Assembly: GCA_965202665.1 (NCBI GenBank)
Contig: OZ241841.1
Location: forward strand, 1,216,001 to 1,280,000
DNA length: 64,000 nucleotides
Source of the DNA: Candidatus Spongiisociaceae bacterium
GTDB lineage: Bacteria; Actinomycetota; Acidimicrobiia; Spongiisociales; Spongiisociaceae
Direction of reading: 5' to 3'
Part shown: positions 18,600 to 29,552 of the stretch, one piece after another
Layout of the letters: every line of letters begins with the position of its first letter
How positions within the stretch are numbered: position 1 is the stretch's first letter
Made by a program: the position numbers and the translations under genes
Notes under the pieces: generated by a model
What the model saw: the letters and a program-made list of their open reading frames with translations, nothing else
What the model was told of the DNA's origin: nothing
Databases searched by the model: none

Positions 18600-20227
18600 C
18601 CGGCCAGTTCCAAACGGCGGTCCCGGGCCCGGTCTGCTTCGGAACGCAAAGCGGGATCCCCCCAGCCGCCCCCGCCGCCGGTTTTGACCAGGATTTTGGT
18701 TCCGGTTTCCACCCGCAGGCCGTTGGCTTTCAAAATTTTCTCCGGGGGGCGGCCCGGCCGGTTCACCCACACCTCCGGGGGGGCGCCGTCCCGCCCGCCG
18801 AACAAGCCCCAGGAGGGTTGCTCCGACCGCTCGAACCACAACTGCACCGTGCACGGGGCCAGCACCTCGTATTCCCGCACGATGCCCAAGCCGCCCCGCC
18901 AGCGGCCCTCCCCCCCGGAGCCGTTGCGCAGGCTGTGGGAGAGAAGCCGCAGGGGATAGCGGTGCTCCATGGTCTCAATCGGGAAGTTTTTGAAATCCCC
19001 CGCCGCCGAATGTATCAGGGCCGACTCCCCGTCCCCGCCCTCGTAGGCCCCCCATCCTCCGGTCAGCGACTCCCCGGACAGGAACATTCCGTTTTGGCCC
19101 TCCCCCACGAAAATGACGTTCCAGGAGTCCCCCACGTGCCCGGCGGCGCACCGTTCCGGGACGGCTTCGCTCAAAGCCCGGATCATCAGGTCCATGGCCA
19201 GCATCAGGTGCGGGCCGTAGTGCAGGCAGGGGGCGGTTTCGGACGGGTTGAAGCAGGTGCCCGCCGGGGCTATCACCTCCAAATTCCGGAAGTTGCCGCC
19301 CGACACCGGGGAATGGGGGTTGGTTAAAAATTTGAAAGCCTGTTCGACGGCGGAGCGGGTTTGGACGATGCCGCTGTTGGTGCTGCCCACGCACTGCGGG
19401 TTGGAGCCGGTCAGGTCCACCGTCATCCGATCGCCGGCGATGGAAACCGCCACTTGCACCCGCACCGGGCCTTCGGTCACCCCGTCGTTGTCCAACCGCC
19501 CGGCGGCGGTGTAGGTTCCGTCCGGAATGTCCGACACCGCTTGCCGATCCTCCCGTTCCGCCTGGGCGAAGACGGCTTCCACCGACTGCCTGACCTGCTC
19601 CCATCCAAACCGCTCCACTATGGACTGAAACCTTTCCACCCCGGTGCGGCAGGCGGAAATCTCGGCCATCAGATCCCCCACCAGGGCGGTGGGCAGCCGG
19701 GAGTTGAGGGCGATCAAGTCCAGAATCTGCTGGTCCAAAACGCCCGCCCGGATCAGGCAGGTGGGGCCGATGCGCAACCCTTCCTGGAAAATGTCCACCG
19801 TGTCCCCCACGTAGCCCGCTTCTTTCGCCCCGATGTCGTTCCAGTGGGCTTTGGCGGCTGAAAACCCCCGCAGGGCGCCGGCGGCGTGGATGGGGGCGAA
19901 CACGGTCACATCGTTCAAATGGCTGCCGCAGATGGTGGAATCGTTGACGATCCACACATCCCCCTCCTGGAAGGCCTCCCTCCCTTTGATGGCTATCACC
20001 GCCCGCAGGGTGCCGCCCAAACTGCCCAGGAAAAACGGCAAGCCGGGGGCCTGCCCCAGCAAACGGCCCTGCGCGTCGTAGATGCCCACCGAGCAGTCTT
20101 TCATTTCGTAGATGACCGGGCTGTGGGCGCTCCGGTAAAGGTTGCGGCGCATCTGTTCCGCCCCGGAAATGAAAGCGTGGCGCACCACTTCCACGGTGGC
20201 GGGCGACGGGGCGGCGGCCTCGGTCAT
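18596..20227 (-). CDS. Hydantoinase B/oxoprolinase family protein
   Basis: SAHSPVIYEMKDCS, GSHLNDV, AHWNDIG, TGGGGGWGDP motifs. Confidence 0.9.
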   Translation of the reverse strand: MTEAAAPSPATVEVVRHAFISGAEQMRRNLYRSAHSPVIYEMKDCSVGIYDAQGRLLGQAPGLPFFLGSLGGTLRAVIAIKGREAFQEGDVWIVNDSTICGSHLNDVTVFAPIHAAGALRGFSAAKAHWNDIGAKEAGYVGDTVDIFQEGLRIGPTCLIRAGVLDQQILDLIALNSRLPTALVGDLMAEISACRTGVERFQSIVERFGWEQVRQSVEAVFAQAEREDRQAVSDIPDGTYTAAGRLDNDGVTEGPVRVQVAVSIAGDRMTVDLTGSNPQCVGSTNSGIVQTRSAVEQAFKFLTNPHSPVSGGNFRNLEVIAPAGTCFNPSETAPCLHYGPHLMLAMDLMIRALSEAVPERCAAGHVGDSWNVIFVGEGQNGMFLSGESLTGGWGAYEGGDGESALIHSAAGDFKNFPIETMEHRYPLRLLSHSLRNGSGGEGRWRGGLGIVREYEVLAPCTVQLWFERSEQPSWGLFGGRDGAPPEVWVNRPGRPPEKILKANGLRVETGTKILVKTGGGGGWGDPALRSEADRARDRRLELAG

Positions 20228-20230
20228 CGT

Positions 20231-22225
20231 TTACCCCGTTTTTTCCAAGATCATATGGCCGCCCCGGTCGGAGGCCCGCCAGCCGGGGGGTATGACGGTG
20301 GTGGTGGAAGGTTCTACCGCGATGGCCGGGCCGGGCAGGGAATCCCCCACCAGGGCCCGGGGAACCACCGGGGTGTCCATCGCTTGGCCGGCGAACGTCA
20401 CCCGCTCCCGGGTGATTTCCCCTTCTTCGACCCCTCCGGCCGGGCCGTCTTCCGCCCCCCGGTCGAATTCCATTACCGCCGTCAGCCGGATGGCCACCAG
20501 TTCGATGGGGGCCTGCGGGTTGGAATGGCCGTAGCGTTGCTGATAGCGGTCGTGGAAAGCGGCCCGCAGGGCGTCGTCGGCCGCCGAACCGGGCAGGGGG
20601 ACCGGCAGGGAATACTCCTGGCCGACGTAACGCAGTTCCACGTTGACTTCGAACCGCATCCGTTTTTGCGCCTCTTCGTCCGCCCGCATTTCCCGGCAGG
20701 CCCTGTCCCGCAACAAGGCGATCGGCTCGGACAGGTCCAGTTGCGGGGCGTCCAACCGGCGGTAGAAGGTGAGCACCACATCGTGGCGGATGTCGCCCTG
20801 CAACATGCCCCAGGCGGAAAAAACCCCCGGGTCGGCGGGCACGATCACCCGCTCCACTTCCAACTCTTCGGCCAGAAAAGCGGCGTGCAACGGCCCCGCT
20901 CCCCCGAAGGCGGCGATGGTGAAATCTTTCGGATGCAGGCCCCGCTCCACCGTCAACTCCCGGATGGCTTCCGCCATGACGAAATGGGTGACATCCAAAG
21001 CCTGTTCGGCCAGTTCCTCCGCTGAAATGCGGAAAGCGGAGGCCACCGACTGCAGGGCCCGCCGGGCGGCCTCCAAATCCAGGGCCAGCGACCCGGCCAG
21101 TTTGCGGGAAGCGGGCAACCGCCCCAACACCGCGTTGGCGTCGGAGACGGTGGGCCGGGTTCCCCCCCGGCCGTAGCAGGCCGGGCCCGGAACCGACCCG
21201 GCCGAAGACGGCCCCACCCGCAAGCCGCCGTTCCGCTCGTAGATGAGGCTGCCGCCCCCCGCCCCGATGCTGACCAGTTCCACCGCCGGGGCCAGCACCG
21301 GCAAACCCTGCAGTTCAAATTCGGACTGCATGCCGACCCGCCCGTCCCGCACCAGGCTCACATCGAAGGAGGTGCCGCCCATGTCGATGCAAATCAGGTT
21401 GGGATGGCCGGCCCGCCGTCCCGCCTCCCGGCTGCCGATCACCCCGCCCACCGGCCCCGAATACATGGTGAGGATGGCCCGGTCAGCGGCCCGGTCGGCG
21501 GTCATCGCCCCCCCGTTGGAGCCGGTGATGAGCAGAGGCGAAGACAGGCCCCGTTCGGCCAGGGAAGCCGACAACCGTTGCAGGTAGTGGCGCACTTTGG
21601 GGGTGATGTAGACGGAGGTGACGGTGGTGGAAGTCCGCTCGTATTCCCGCCATTCGGGGGCGATTTCGTGGCTGAGGGCGATGGGAACGCCGGGGAGCAT
21701 TTCCCGCAGGCGGTCCCGCACTTCCAGTTCGTGCAACGGGTCCACGTAGGAGTGGATGAGGCATACCGCCACCGCCTCGTAATCCCCTTCGGCGATGGCT
21801 TTGCCGGCCATTTCCACCGAATTCGGATCCAGGGGGCTGATCACCTCCCCGGAGGCGGAAAGCCGCTCGTCCACCTCGAAGATGGCGTCCCGTTCCAAAA
21901 GGGGGACGGGTTTGCGGTAGCGCAGGTCGTACATTTCCGCCCGGTGCCCCCGGCCGATCAGATAGGCGTCCCGGTAGCCGCGGGTGGTGACCAGGGCCAC
22001 CCGTCCCCCGGAACGTTCCAGGAAAGCGTTGAGGCCGACGGTGGTGCCGTGAATGAACACGTCCACTTCCGGCAGGGACACCTCCGCCCGCTTCAAAACG
22101 TCTAACACGCCCCGCACCAAATCGTCGGGGGTGGACAGGGCTTTGGCGATAACCGAGCCCCGCCCGGTTTCCAAAACCAGATCCGTGAAAGTTCCACCGA
22201 TGTCGATGGCGACCCGAGCGCCCAT
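20231..22225 (-). CDS. Hydantoinase A/oxoprolinase family protein
   Basis: DIGGTFTD, HGTTVGLN, EYERTSTT, SGPVGG, DMGGTSFD, GAGGGS, PGPACYGRGG. Confidence 0.92.
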   Translation of the reverse strand: MGARVAIDIGGTFTDLVLETGRGSVIAKALSTPDDLVRGVLDVLKRAEVSLPEVDVFIHGTTVGLNAFLERSGGRVALVTTRGYRDAYLIGRGHRAEMYDLRYRKPVPLLERDAIFEVDERLSASGEVISPLDPNSVEMAGKAIAEGDYEAVAVCLIHSYVDPLHELEVRDRLREMLPGVPIALSHEIAPEWREYERTSTTVTSVYITPKVRHYLQRLSASLAERGLSSPLLITGSNGGAMTADRAADRAILTMYSGPVGGVIGSREAGRRAGHPNLICIDMGGTSFDVSLVRDGRVGMQSEFELQGLPVLAPAVELVSIGAGGGSLIYERNGGLRVGPSSAGSVPGPACYGRGGTRPTVSDANAVLGRLPASRKLAGSLALDLEAARRALQSVASAFRISAEELAEQALDVTHFVMAEAIRELTVERGLHPKDFTIAAFGGAGPLHAAFLAEELEVERVIVPADPGVFSAWGMLQGDIRHDVVLTFYRRLDAPQLDLSEPIALLRDRACREMRADEEAQKRMRFEVNVELRYVGQEYSLPVPLPGSAADDALRAAFHDRYQQRYGHSNPQAPIELVAIRLTAVMEFDRGAEDGPAGGVEEGEITRERVTFAGQAMDTPVVPRALVGDSLPGPAIAVEPSTTTVIPPGWRASDRGGHMILEKTG

Positions 22226-22383
22226 GCCCGTCCTTTGCTCCCGTTTTCTTCCCGTCGGTTGCGCGTAGTAGCGTAAATCCTAGCCGGACGGCAGGCGCCG
22301 GGGCGGGCAACCCGGTTTGTGCGTCCGCGCCCGCAAAGCCCAACCAGCGGATTGGCAACGGCCCCCTTAAATTGTTGACCTGA

Positions 22384-22767
22384 TCAGTCCAAACCAATTA
22401 GCGTGGCTTCCATAGATTCGTACGCTTTGTCCCGTTCGGTCAGCACCTCTCGATCCGTAGGCGGCACGCCCTTTTCCAACAGACCGCGGATCACTTGCCG
22501 CTTGTTCCGGATGATGCCGGTAATAGTCGAGTCGCAATGGCGGAAATACGTCCGAGCTTGCGGATAGTCGGAGGCCAGACGATGAACGAACCGGGTACCC
22601 CGTCGCTCCCAAACGATGGGTGCTCCAGATGCCCGGGCCCGGCGGAACCAGCCGTTCAAAGTACCTCGCGATACCTGGAAGCGCTTCCTCAGATCCTGCT
22701 TGGTTGCCTCCGCGCCTCCCAACATAAAGTCCAGGAAGCGAACATAACCGCTACTGTCATTTCTCAT
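22384..22767 (-). CDS. Hypothetical protein with probable N-terminal HTH
   Basis: 127 aa; ATKQDLRKRFQVSRGTLNGWFRRAR resembles an HTH; starts 3 nt after the upstream stop. Confidence 0.6.
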   Translation of the reverse strand: MRNDSSGYVRFLDFMLGGAEATKQDLRKRFQVSRGTLNGWFRRARASGAPIVWERRGTRFVHRLASDYPQARTYFRHCDSTITGIIRNKRQVIRGLLEKGVPPTDREVLTERDKAYESMEATLIGLD

Positions 22768-22769
22768 AT

Positions 22770-23528
22770 TCAGTTCCCTTCTGTAAGAGAACCGATAAGA
22801 GCGTCCACATCAGTAGAAACTCCCTCAATTGCCATATCCAGCGCATCCATCGCTTGACGCAAGCCAGACTGGAACTCCCGCAGCTTCTCCAACTGCTCAT
22901 CCGTAAACCGGTGGTCTTTATTCAAGTCCGCCACCGCGTCCCGGATAATCTTCGCCGCGACATACAAATCTCCGATAGCCGCCGGGAACTCCAACCCAGT
23001 CGGCTCATCATCAGGTATCGAACCCCGCCGTATGACCCTCTCGACCGCCTTGCGCCGCTCAGCCGCCTTCAAAGCCACAGCCGCCGCGTCGAAGGTTTCA
23101 GCAGGCTCGCCGGCCTGGAGATGCGTTTCACGCTCCAACTCAATCTCGGCTTTGATGTCGTCAGCGGCCATCCGCCAACCTGAGTCCTGCGACATCGACC
23201 CCAATGCCCGGTTCTCGATCTTCGCCAAAGCCTGAAAAGCTTCACCCCGGTCAGCGCTCATATGCGCCAACCGACGAGCATCCGTGAGACTTATTTCGAT
23301 GGACCGGTCCATCAAAATTTCCCAAGCGCGGGCATCAGACCTAATCGTGCTTCCGTCCACACCCGTCTGCCGGCCGTACTCAGCGTAGGACAGACGCTGG
23401 GGGTTGTCCTCATTCCGAGTCCAGTGCCAGCGCAACTCGGCCAAGCTCTTACCTGCCTGGGCTTCCGCCCCTCGCAGGTTCCTGTCTTCTTCCACCACCC
23501 TGCGGGGCAGAGACTGGCTAGTAGACAT
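22770..23528 (-). CDS. Hypothetical protein (HTH-like segment, helical C-terminus)
   Basis: 252 aa; AAAGGAG RBS before the ATG; LSYAEYGRQTGVDGSTIRSD is HTH-like. Confidence 0.7.
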   Translation of the reverse strand: MSTSQSLPRRVVEEDRNLRGAEAQAGKSLAELRWHWTRNEDNPQRLSYAEYGRQTGVDGSTIRSDARAWEILMDRSIEISLTDARRLAHMSADRGEAFQALAKIENRALGSMSQDSGWRMAADDIKAEIELERETHLQAGEPAETFDAAAVALKAAERRKAVERVIRRGSIPDDEPTGLEFPAAIGDLYVAAKIIRDAVADLNKDHRFTDEQLEKLREFQSGLRQAMDALDMAIEGVSTDVDALIGSLTEGN

Positions 23529-23869
23529 AGCATTGGCTCCTTTCGGTTCGTTTGATGCCCATTAGGCGGCCGGTATGCCTGTTGCCGCCCGCGGGGCCGT
23601 AGCCCGGTGCGGGCAAGTCGGGTTCGCAACGGGTATCTTACCAAGGAATCTAGTAAACATATTGGCCGAGGTGCTTGCGCTGCTCCAGAGGAGCGGTTGC
23701 CAGCCATCTTTGCGTGTACGGCGACAGGCCGCAGGAACCTCCGGGAGGGTGCTTTTGCCTCACGACTGTCCCGTCCGACTCCGAAACGGCCCTGCGGGCG
23801 GGCGGCGGCCGGGGGCGCTGTCCTGGGCTGGAAGCCGAACAAGAGCCGGGAACCCAACACGAAGAGCCT

Positions 23870-25012
23870 TTAGAAACGGTGGGGGCTGAAAGGTTCCAGG
23901 TCCCGGTCGGGGGGGAGATCCAGGGCCAGGCGGGCCAGGGTGCGTCCCAACAGGGGGCCGGCGGTTAGGCCCATGTGGGGGTAGGTTCCCACCAACAATC
24001 CGGGGGGGCCGGGGGTTCCTATTATCGGGCGCAGGTCGGGGGTGGTCAGGCCCACTCCCGCCCAGGACCGGTAGACGCGCGCTCCGGCCAGGGAAGGGAC
24101 TGCTTGCAGGGCGGCCCGGGTGTTGGAAATCAGGGAAGCGGGATTCACTTTGGGGAGGCCGGTGGCCGGGTCCACGTCGGCACGCCACCCGCCTCCTATC
24201 AGGATGGAGCCGGCGGCGGCCTGTTTCAAGGTCAACTTGTCGTCGGCGAAGTAGATCAAATGTTTGATTAGCGGGGCCAGCGGTTCGGTGGCGGCCAGCT
24301 GGGCCGGTTCGTCGGCTATGGGCAGTTCCCTCCCCCACAGGTGGGAGAAGCGGTTCAGTTGGTTGCCGCAGGCCAGGATAACTTTGCGGGCGGCGGTTCG
24401 CCCGCGGGCGGTGCGGACTTGAAAAACCCCGGCGGATTCTTCGATGCCCAAAACCGGGGCGTTGGTTTTCACCACCGCTCCCCGGCGGCGGGCGGCCCGG
24501 GCGAAAGCGGGGGCGGCCAGCAACGAGTTGGCTTTGCCTTCCACCCGGCACAGCTGCCCCCCCGCCAGCGACGGGGACAGGCAGGGGGCCAGCCGGCGCA
24601 GATCGTCCCCGGACAGCATCTCCGACTCCACCCCGGCGCTCCTTTCCAACTCCGTTTTGCGTTCGATCAGGGGCAAATGCCGGGGGTCGTCGGCCACCAG
24701 CAGGCCGCCGTTCAAAGACACTTCCAAGTCGGCCTGCAACTCTTCATCCAGCGTTTTCCACATGGGCAGGGAGTCGGACAGGAAACGGAGGGCGGGCAGG
24801 AAACTCTTCCCCCACTCTTCGCCCAGTTCCTGAAAAGAAGGGTATTGGATCTGGCCGTGCAGGCTGCCCGCGTTGCGGCCCGAAGCCAGCGTGTTCAGGT
24901 CGTGTTCTTCCAGCAGGAGCGCCTGCGCCCCCAGCCCGGCCAGGTGCCAGGCGGCCGCGCAACCGGTGATCCCCCCTCCCACCACCAGCACATCGCAGTC
25001 GGCGGATCCCAT
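23870..25012 (-). CDS. FAD-dependent oxidoreductase (DAO/sarcosine oxidase beta family)
   Basis: VVGGGITG, ASGRNAG, WAG...TPDLRPIIG. Confidence 0.88.
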   Translation of the reverse strand: MGSADCDVLVVGGGITGCAAAWHLAGLGAQALLLEEHDLNTLASGRNAGSLHGQIQYPSFQELGEEWGKSFLPALRFLSDSLPMWKTLDEELQADLEVSLNGGLLVADDPRHLPLIERKTELERSAGVESEMLSGDDLRRLAPCLSPSLAGGQLCRVEGKANSLLAAPAFARAARRRGAVVKTNAPVLGIEESAGVFQVRTARGRTAARKVILACGNQLNRFSHLWGRELPIADEPAQLAATEPLAPLIKHLIYFADDKLTLKQAAAGSILIGGGWRADVDPATGLPKVNPASLISNTRAALQAVPSLAGARVYRSWAGVGLTTPDLRPIIGTPGPPGLLVGTYPHMGLTAGPLLGRTLARLALDLPPDRDLEPFSPHRF

Positions 25013-25019
25013 CCGGCCG

Positions 25020-25775
25020 TCAAGCCTCCCCCAGGGAACGGAAGGCGGACAGCTCCTGCGCGGTGGGCGGCTCCAGTTCGACCAGGCGGGGGGAAACCCG
25101 CAACGGCCACCGGGTACGCTCCCGCGCCTGCGCCGCCGTCGCCCCCGGATGGACGGCGGTCAAAGTCAACTCCCGCTCCTCCCCCGTCCCGGTCGGTTGC
25201 AGAATCCCCAGGTCGGTGATGACCGTCTGCGGTCCGGCGCCGGTCAGGCCCAGTTCGGCCCGCTCCCCGGGGGTGCGTCCGAAACCCACCGAAGTTACGA
25301 AATCCACTTCGGGGACGAAAGCCCGGGGTTGATGGCGCATAATCACCGTGATTTCCCGGCAGAAACCGGCGATTTCGGGAGCTCCCCCCGCTCCGGGCAA
25401 CCGCACCGTCGGGGAATGGTAGTCGCCGATGACGGTGGTGTTCAGGTTGCCCCATCGGTCAATCTGGGCGGCGGCCAAGTATCCGACGTCGATGCGGCCC
25501 CCCTGCACCCAGTAGTTGAACATTTCCGGAACCGGCACCACCGCCGCCGCCGTCTCCGCCAACTCGCCGTCGCCGATGGACAGGGGCAGCCGGTCGGGAC
25601 GGGAGCCGATGGTTCCCGACTCGTAAACCAGCGTCAGGCCGGGGGCGTGGGTGAGGCGGGCCAGGTTCACCACCCGCCCTGGCCGCCCGATGCCCACGAA
25701 ACAGGACATCCCGTCTCGCAAGCGCCGGGCTCCGGCCACGGCCATCATCTCCTCCGGCGTCCAGTCCCGGCTCAC
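25020..25775 (-). CDS. CoA-transferase beta subunit (GctB/PcaJ-like)
   Basis: FVGIG.P, YESGTIG, AAQIDRWGNLNTT, RLPGAGGAPEI. Start GTG 25775 overlaps the alpha-subunit stop. Confidence 0.85.
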   Translation of the reverse strand: MSRDWTPEEMMAVAGARRLRDGMSCFVGIGRPGRVVNLARLTHAPGLTLVYESGTIGSRPDRLPLSIGDGELAETAAAVVPVPEMFNYWVQGGRIDVGYLAAAQIDRWGNLNTTVIGDYHSPTVRLPGAGGAPEIAGFCREITVIMRHQPRAFVPEVDFVTSVGFGRTPGERAELGLTGAGPQTVITDLGILQPTGTGEERELTLTAVHPGATAAQARERTRWPLRVSPRLVELEPPTAQELSAFRSLGEA

Positions 25776-26581
25776 GCCGCCTCCAGCACGTTCTCCTCCA
25801 ACCAGCGGGTGAAAGTTTCCCGCTCCCGGCTTATTTCCGCCCATCGCCGATAGGCGGCGTTGTCCCGCTGGTAGAAACCGTGGGCGTAGGAGGGACGGGC
25901 CCCGCCAGGAACCAGGCACACCGCGCTGACCGCCATAGCGGGCAGGTAAACGTCGCCGGGGCGGCAGTCGAACTCGTCCACCACCTCCTCCACGGTCACG
26001 ATGGAACGGCGGGAAGCCAAAACCGCTTCTTTCTGAACCCCGGAAATGCCCCACAGCTGGATGTTGCCCTCCCGGTCGGCCCGCTGGGCGTGCACAATTC
26101 CCACATCCGGGTTGAGGGCCGCCACCGCCGCCACCGCCGTTCCGGTGAACGGGCAGTCCAGCAGAGCCACGTTTTCGGTCACAGCGGGGAGGGAAGTGCC
26201 CGCATAGCCTTTCATCACCGCAAAAGGGAGGCGGGAGGCCCCCGCCGCGTAGCGGTTGGCCATCCCGGCGTGGCTGTGCTCCTCCAGCTGCAAAGGGCGG
26301 GGCCAGCCGTTTTCCACCGCGTCCCGCAAACGCAACAGCGGCCCCACGCCCGGGTTGCCTCCCCAGGAGAACACCAGTTTGCGGGCGCACCCGGCCCCGA
26401 TCAGCTGGTCGTAGATCAGGTCGGGGGTCATGCGGGCCAAAGTCAGATCCCGGCGGCCTTGGCGGATGATCTCGTGGCCGGCCGCGAAAGGAATCAGGTG
26501 GGTGAAGCCTTCCGCGGCCACCAAATCCCCGTCCCGTACATAGCGGGCCACCGCCTCGGACAGGCTCAGATGTTCGGCCAA
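25772..26581 (-). CDS. CoA-transferase alpha subunit (GctA/PcaI-like)
   Basis: EGFTHLIPFAAGHEIIRQ, RMTPDLIYDQLIG, FSWGGNPGVG. Confidence 0.88.
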   Translation of the reverse strand: MAEHLSLSEAVARYVRDGDLVAAEGFTHLIPFAAGHEIIRQGRRDLTLARMTPDLIYDQLIGAGCARKLVFSWGGNPGVGPLLRLRDAVENGWPRPLQLEEHSHAGMANRYAAGASRLPFAVMKGYAGTSLPAVTENVALLDCPFTGTAVAAVAALNPDVGIVHAQRADREGNIQLWGISGVQKEAVLASRRSIVTVEEVVDEFDCRPGDVYLPAMAVSAVCLVPGGARPSYAHGFYQRDNAAYRRWAEISRERETFTRWLEENVLEAA

Positions 26582-26628
26582 ACTTCCCCTTTCGCAACTC
26601 TCAGATTACCCGCCGGGAAGGATCGGGT

Positions 26629-27399
<771 letters not shown>

Positions 27400-27445
27400 G
27401 TCGGCGCTCCTTGGTCGCGGGCGGAAAGGGACGGGCGGGGGGAAA

Positions 27446-29551
27446 TCATCGTTCCCCCAGCCCCACGTTGCGTTCGTAACGCCTGCTCATCTTGGAGAAG
27501 GCGTAGGTGAAAATCCAGTAGAAGAGGGCCATGAAAAACATCATCTGCGTGATGGTGCCCTGGAAACTGGGGTTGCTCTGCTGGGGGATGGCGGAGCGGG
27601 CGATGAGCAACACGTCGGTCAGGCCGATGATGGCCACCAGGGAAGTGTCTTTGAAAGACACGATGATGTGGCTGACCAGGGCGGGGATGACGGTGCGGAT
27701 GGCCTGCGGCAAGATGACCAGCGAAGTGGACTGGACGGTGGACAAACCCACCGCCTGCGCCGCCTCGTACTGGCCTTTGCCCACCGCCTGCAACCCTCCT
27801 TGGATGTTTACCGCCACATAGGCCGAGCTGAAAATGGCCAAAGCCCCGATCACCCCCACCAACTCGTCGAACTCCACCCCTTGGGGGAGGAAAGCCACCA
27901 GCATGGACGCCCCGAAGAACAGCCAGGTGATGAGGGGGACGCTGCGCACCAGTTCGATGTAGCCGGTGCAAACCAACCGGAAAATGGACAGGGAAGAGTT
28001 GCGGCCCAAAGCCAGCAACACCCCGAGGGGGAAAGACAGGGCGATGCCGGTGATGGTGAGCAAAATGGTCAGGTTGAACCCGCCCAGGAAAGTGGTGCTC
28101 TGATACTCCAAACCGGTTTCGGCCACCCCCAGCCGGAAGGAGACCACCAGCAGGGCGGCCACTATCGCCCATCCGACCGTCAGGTTGCGCCGCCCGGCCG
28201 GGGTTCCCCCGAAGGTGGGGGCCCCCAAGACCAGCAGGGCGAAGGCGGTCACCAGCGCCCGGTAGAGGAAAGGCATGGGCAGGGCCCACACCGCGGCCGC
28301 CGCCAAAGCCAGGCAGGTTCCGACCACCCGCACCGCCTCCACCCGGTCGGCCACCCGCCACACCCCCAGCATCATCACCGTCGTCAGCGCCGCCGCCAAC
28401 AGCACATCGGTGAGACCCCCCAGGGGCAGAAGGGCCGCCAGCCAAGCGGGAGGGTCGCCGATGAGCAAAGCCCCGCCCACCAGGCAAAACCCGATCCCCC
28501 AGGCCGCCGCCCCCACTTCCTTTTTGGAGCGGGGAAGGGACACGATCCACAGGGCCGCCCCGCCCAGGAGGCCGAAGACGAGCAACGTCCCCAGGTCGGA
28601 GGCGAAGAAAGAAACCTGCCCGAAACCCAAAATGTCCGCCCACTCCAACACCGGCTTGCGCTGGATGACCATCACGATCACCGGGTAGGAGAAAATCCAG
28701 GCGATGCGCAGAAAGCGCCGCATGCCTACCGGAAAACGGTTCTGCAAGGGGACGGCCAAAAGGTAGGCGGCGATGGTCACCGCGAACAGGATGGTCCATG
28801 GGCGGGCGGTGGTGGCGGCGATGCGGGCGGTGGTTTCGTCGAACTGGCCGTCCACCACCGGCAGGCGGGCGGTCCACAACACAATGGCGATGACGGCCAT
28901 GGCCGCCGCGGGCAGGAGCAGGACGGGAAAGGCGGGCTCGGATTCCCCGCCGCTCAGCCGGGAAGCCTCCCGCACCCGGCGCCCCCACAGATGGGCCGCG
29001 GCCGCCGCGGCGGCCGCCGCCAGGAAAATCCACAGCCGGGCCCCGCCCCAGTCGGCCGGGTTGTCCACCTGCAACAGGGGCGGCCCCCACACCCGGGCCT
29101 CGGCCCCGTGATGCATGACGGCCATCACCGCCAAGATGGCCCCGGCGGAGCGGAGCATGGACAGCAACCTGCCCAAAGGCATGCTCCCCCCCACCTCCCA
29201 GGAACGGAGCGACCAGGCGGCCAGCACGGCCACGATGCCGATGGAAGTCCAAATGCGGATCATGTCGTCCCCGGGGAAAGCCTGCACCATCAGCAACTTC
29301 ATGTTGTAGGTGACCGCCGACCATTTGCGGGCCGGGTCGAAGGTGTAGGTGGTGACGAACCGAAGCAGGTTCAGCCCGATGAGCAGAAAAGCAAGGGTCA
29401 GTAAGCCGTTGCCGGCGATCTTGGGCCAAGTTTCCCCGGAAAACAGGTTCTCCCGCATCCACCGCCACGGCCCGGCGGGCGGCGGCTCCGGGGGCGGGGC
29501 CGAAGAAGGCGGCTCTAAGAACACCCGGCCGGGGCGGCGTTCCTCGTCCAT
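27446..29551 (-). CDS. Amino-acid ABC permease (AapM-like), unusually long
   Basis: Many TM segments; [35 protein letters not shown]. Confidence 0.88.
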   Translation of the reverse strand: MDEERRPGRVFLEPPSSAPPPEPPPAGPWRWMRENLFSGETWPKIAGNGLLTLAFLLIGLNLLRFVTTYTFDPARKWSAVTYNMKLLMVQAFPGDDMIRIWTSIGIVAVLAAWSLRSWEVGGSMPLGRLLSMLRSAGAILAVMAVMHHGAEARVWGPPLLQVDNPADWGGARLWIFLAAAAAAAAAHLWGRRVREASRLSGGESEPAFPVLLLPAAAMAVIAIVLWTARLPVVDGQFDETTARIAATTARPWTILFAVTIAAYLLAVPLQNRFPVGMRRFLRIAWIFSYPVIVMVIQRKPVLEWADILGFGQVSFFASDLGTLLVFGLLGGAALWIVSLPRSKKEVGAAAWGIGFCLVGGALLIGDPPAWLAALLPLGGLTDVLLAAALTTVMMLGVWRVADRVEAVRVVGTCLALAAAAVWALPMPFLYRALVTAFALLVLGAPTFGGTPAGRRNLTVGWAIVAALLVVSFRLGVAETGLEYQSTTFLGGFNLTILLTITGIALSFPLGVLLALGRNSSLSIFRLVCTGYIELVRSVPLITWLFFGASMLVAFLPQGVEFDELVGVIGALAIFSSAYVAVNIQGGLQAVGKGQYEAAQAVGLSTVQSTSLVILPQAIRTVIPALVSHIIVSFKDTSLVAIIGLTDVLLIARSAIPQQSNPSFQGTITQMMFFMALFYWIFTYAFSKMSRRYERNVGLGER

Positions 29552-29552
29552 C

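Noticed and set aside
22296-23626. Possible direct repeats flanking the two-gene island (CGGGGCGGGCAA versus CGGTGCGGGCAA)
   Set aside because: Too short and imperfect in GC-rich sequence to call attachment sites.
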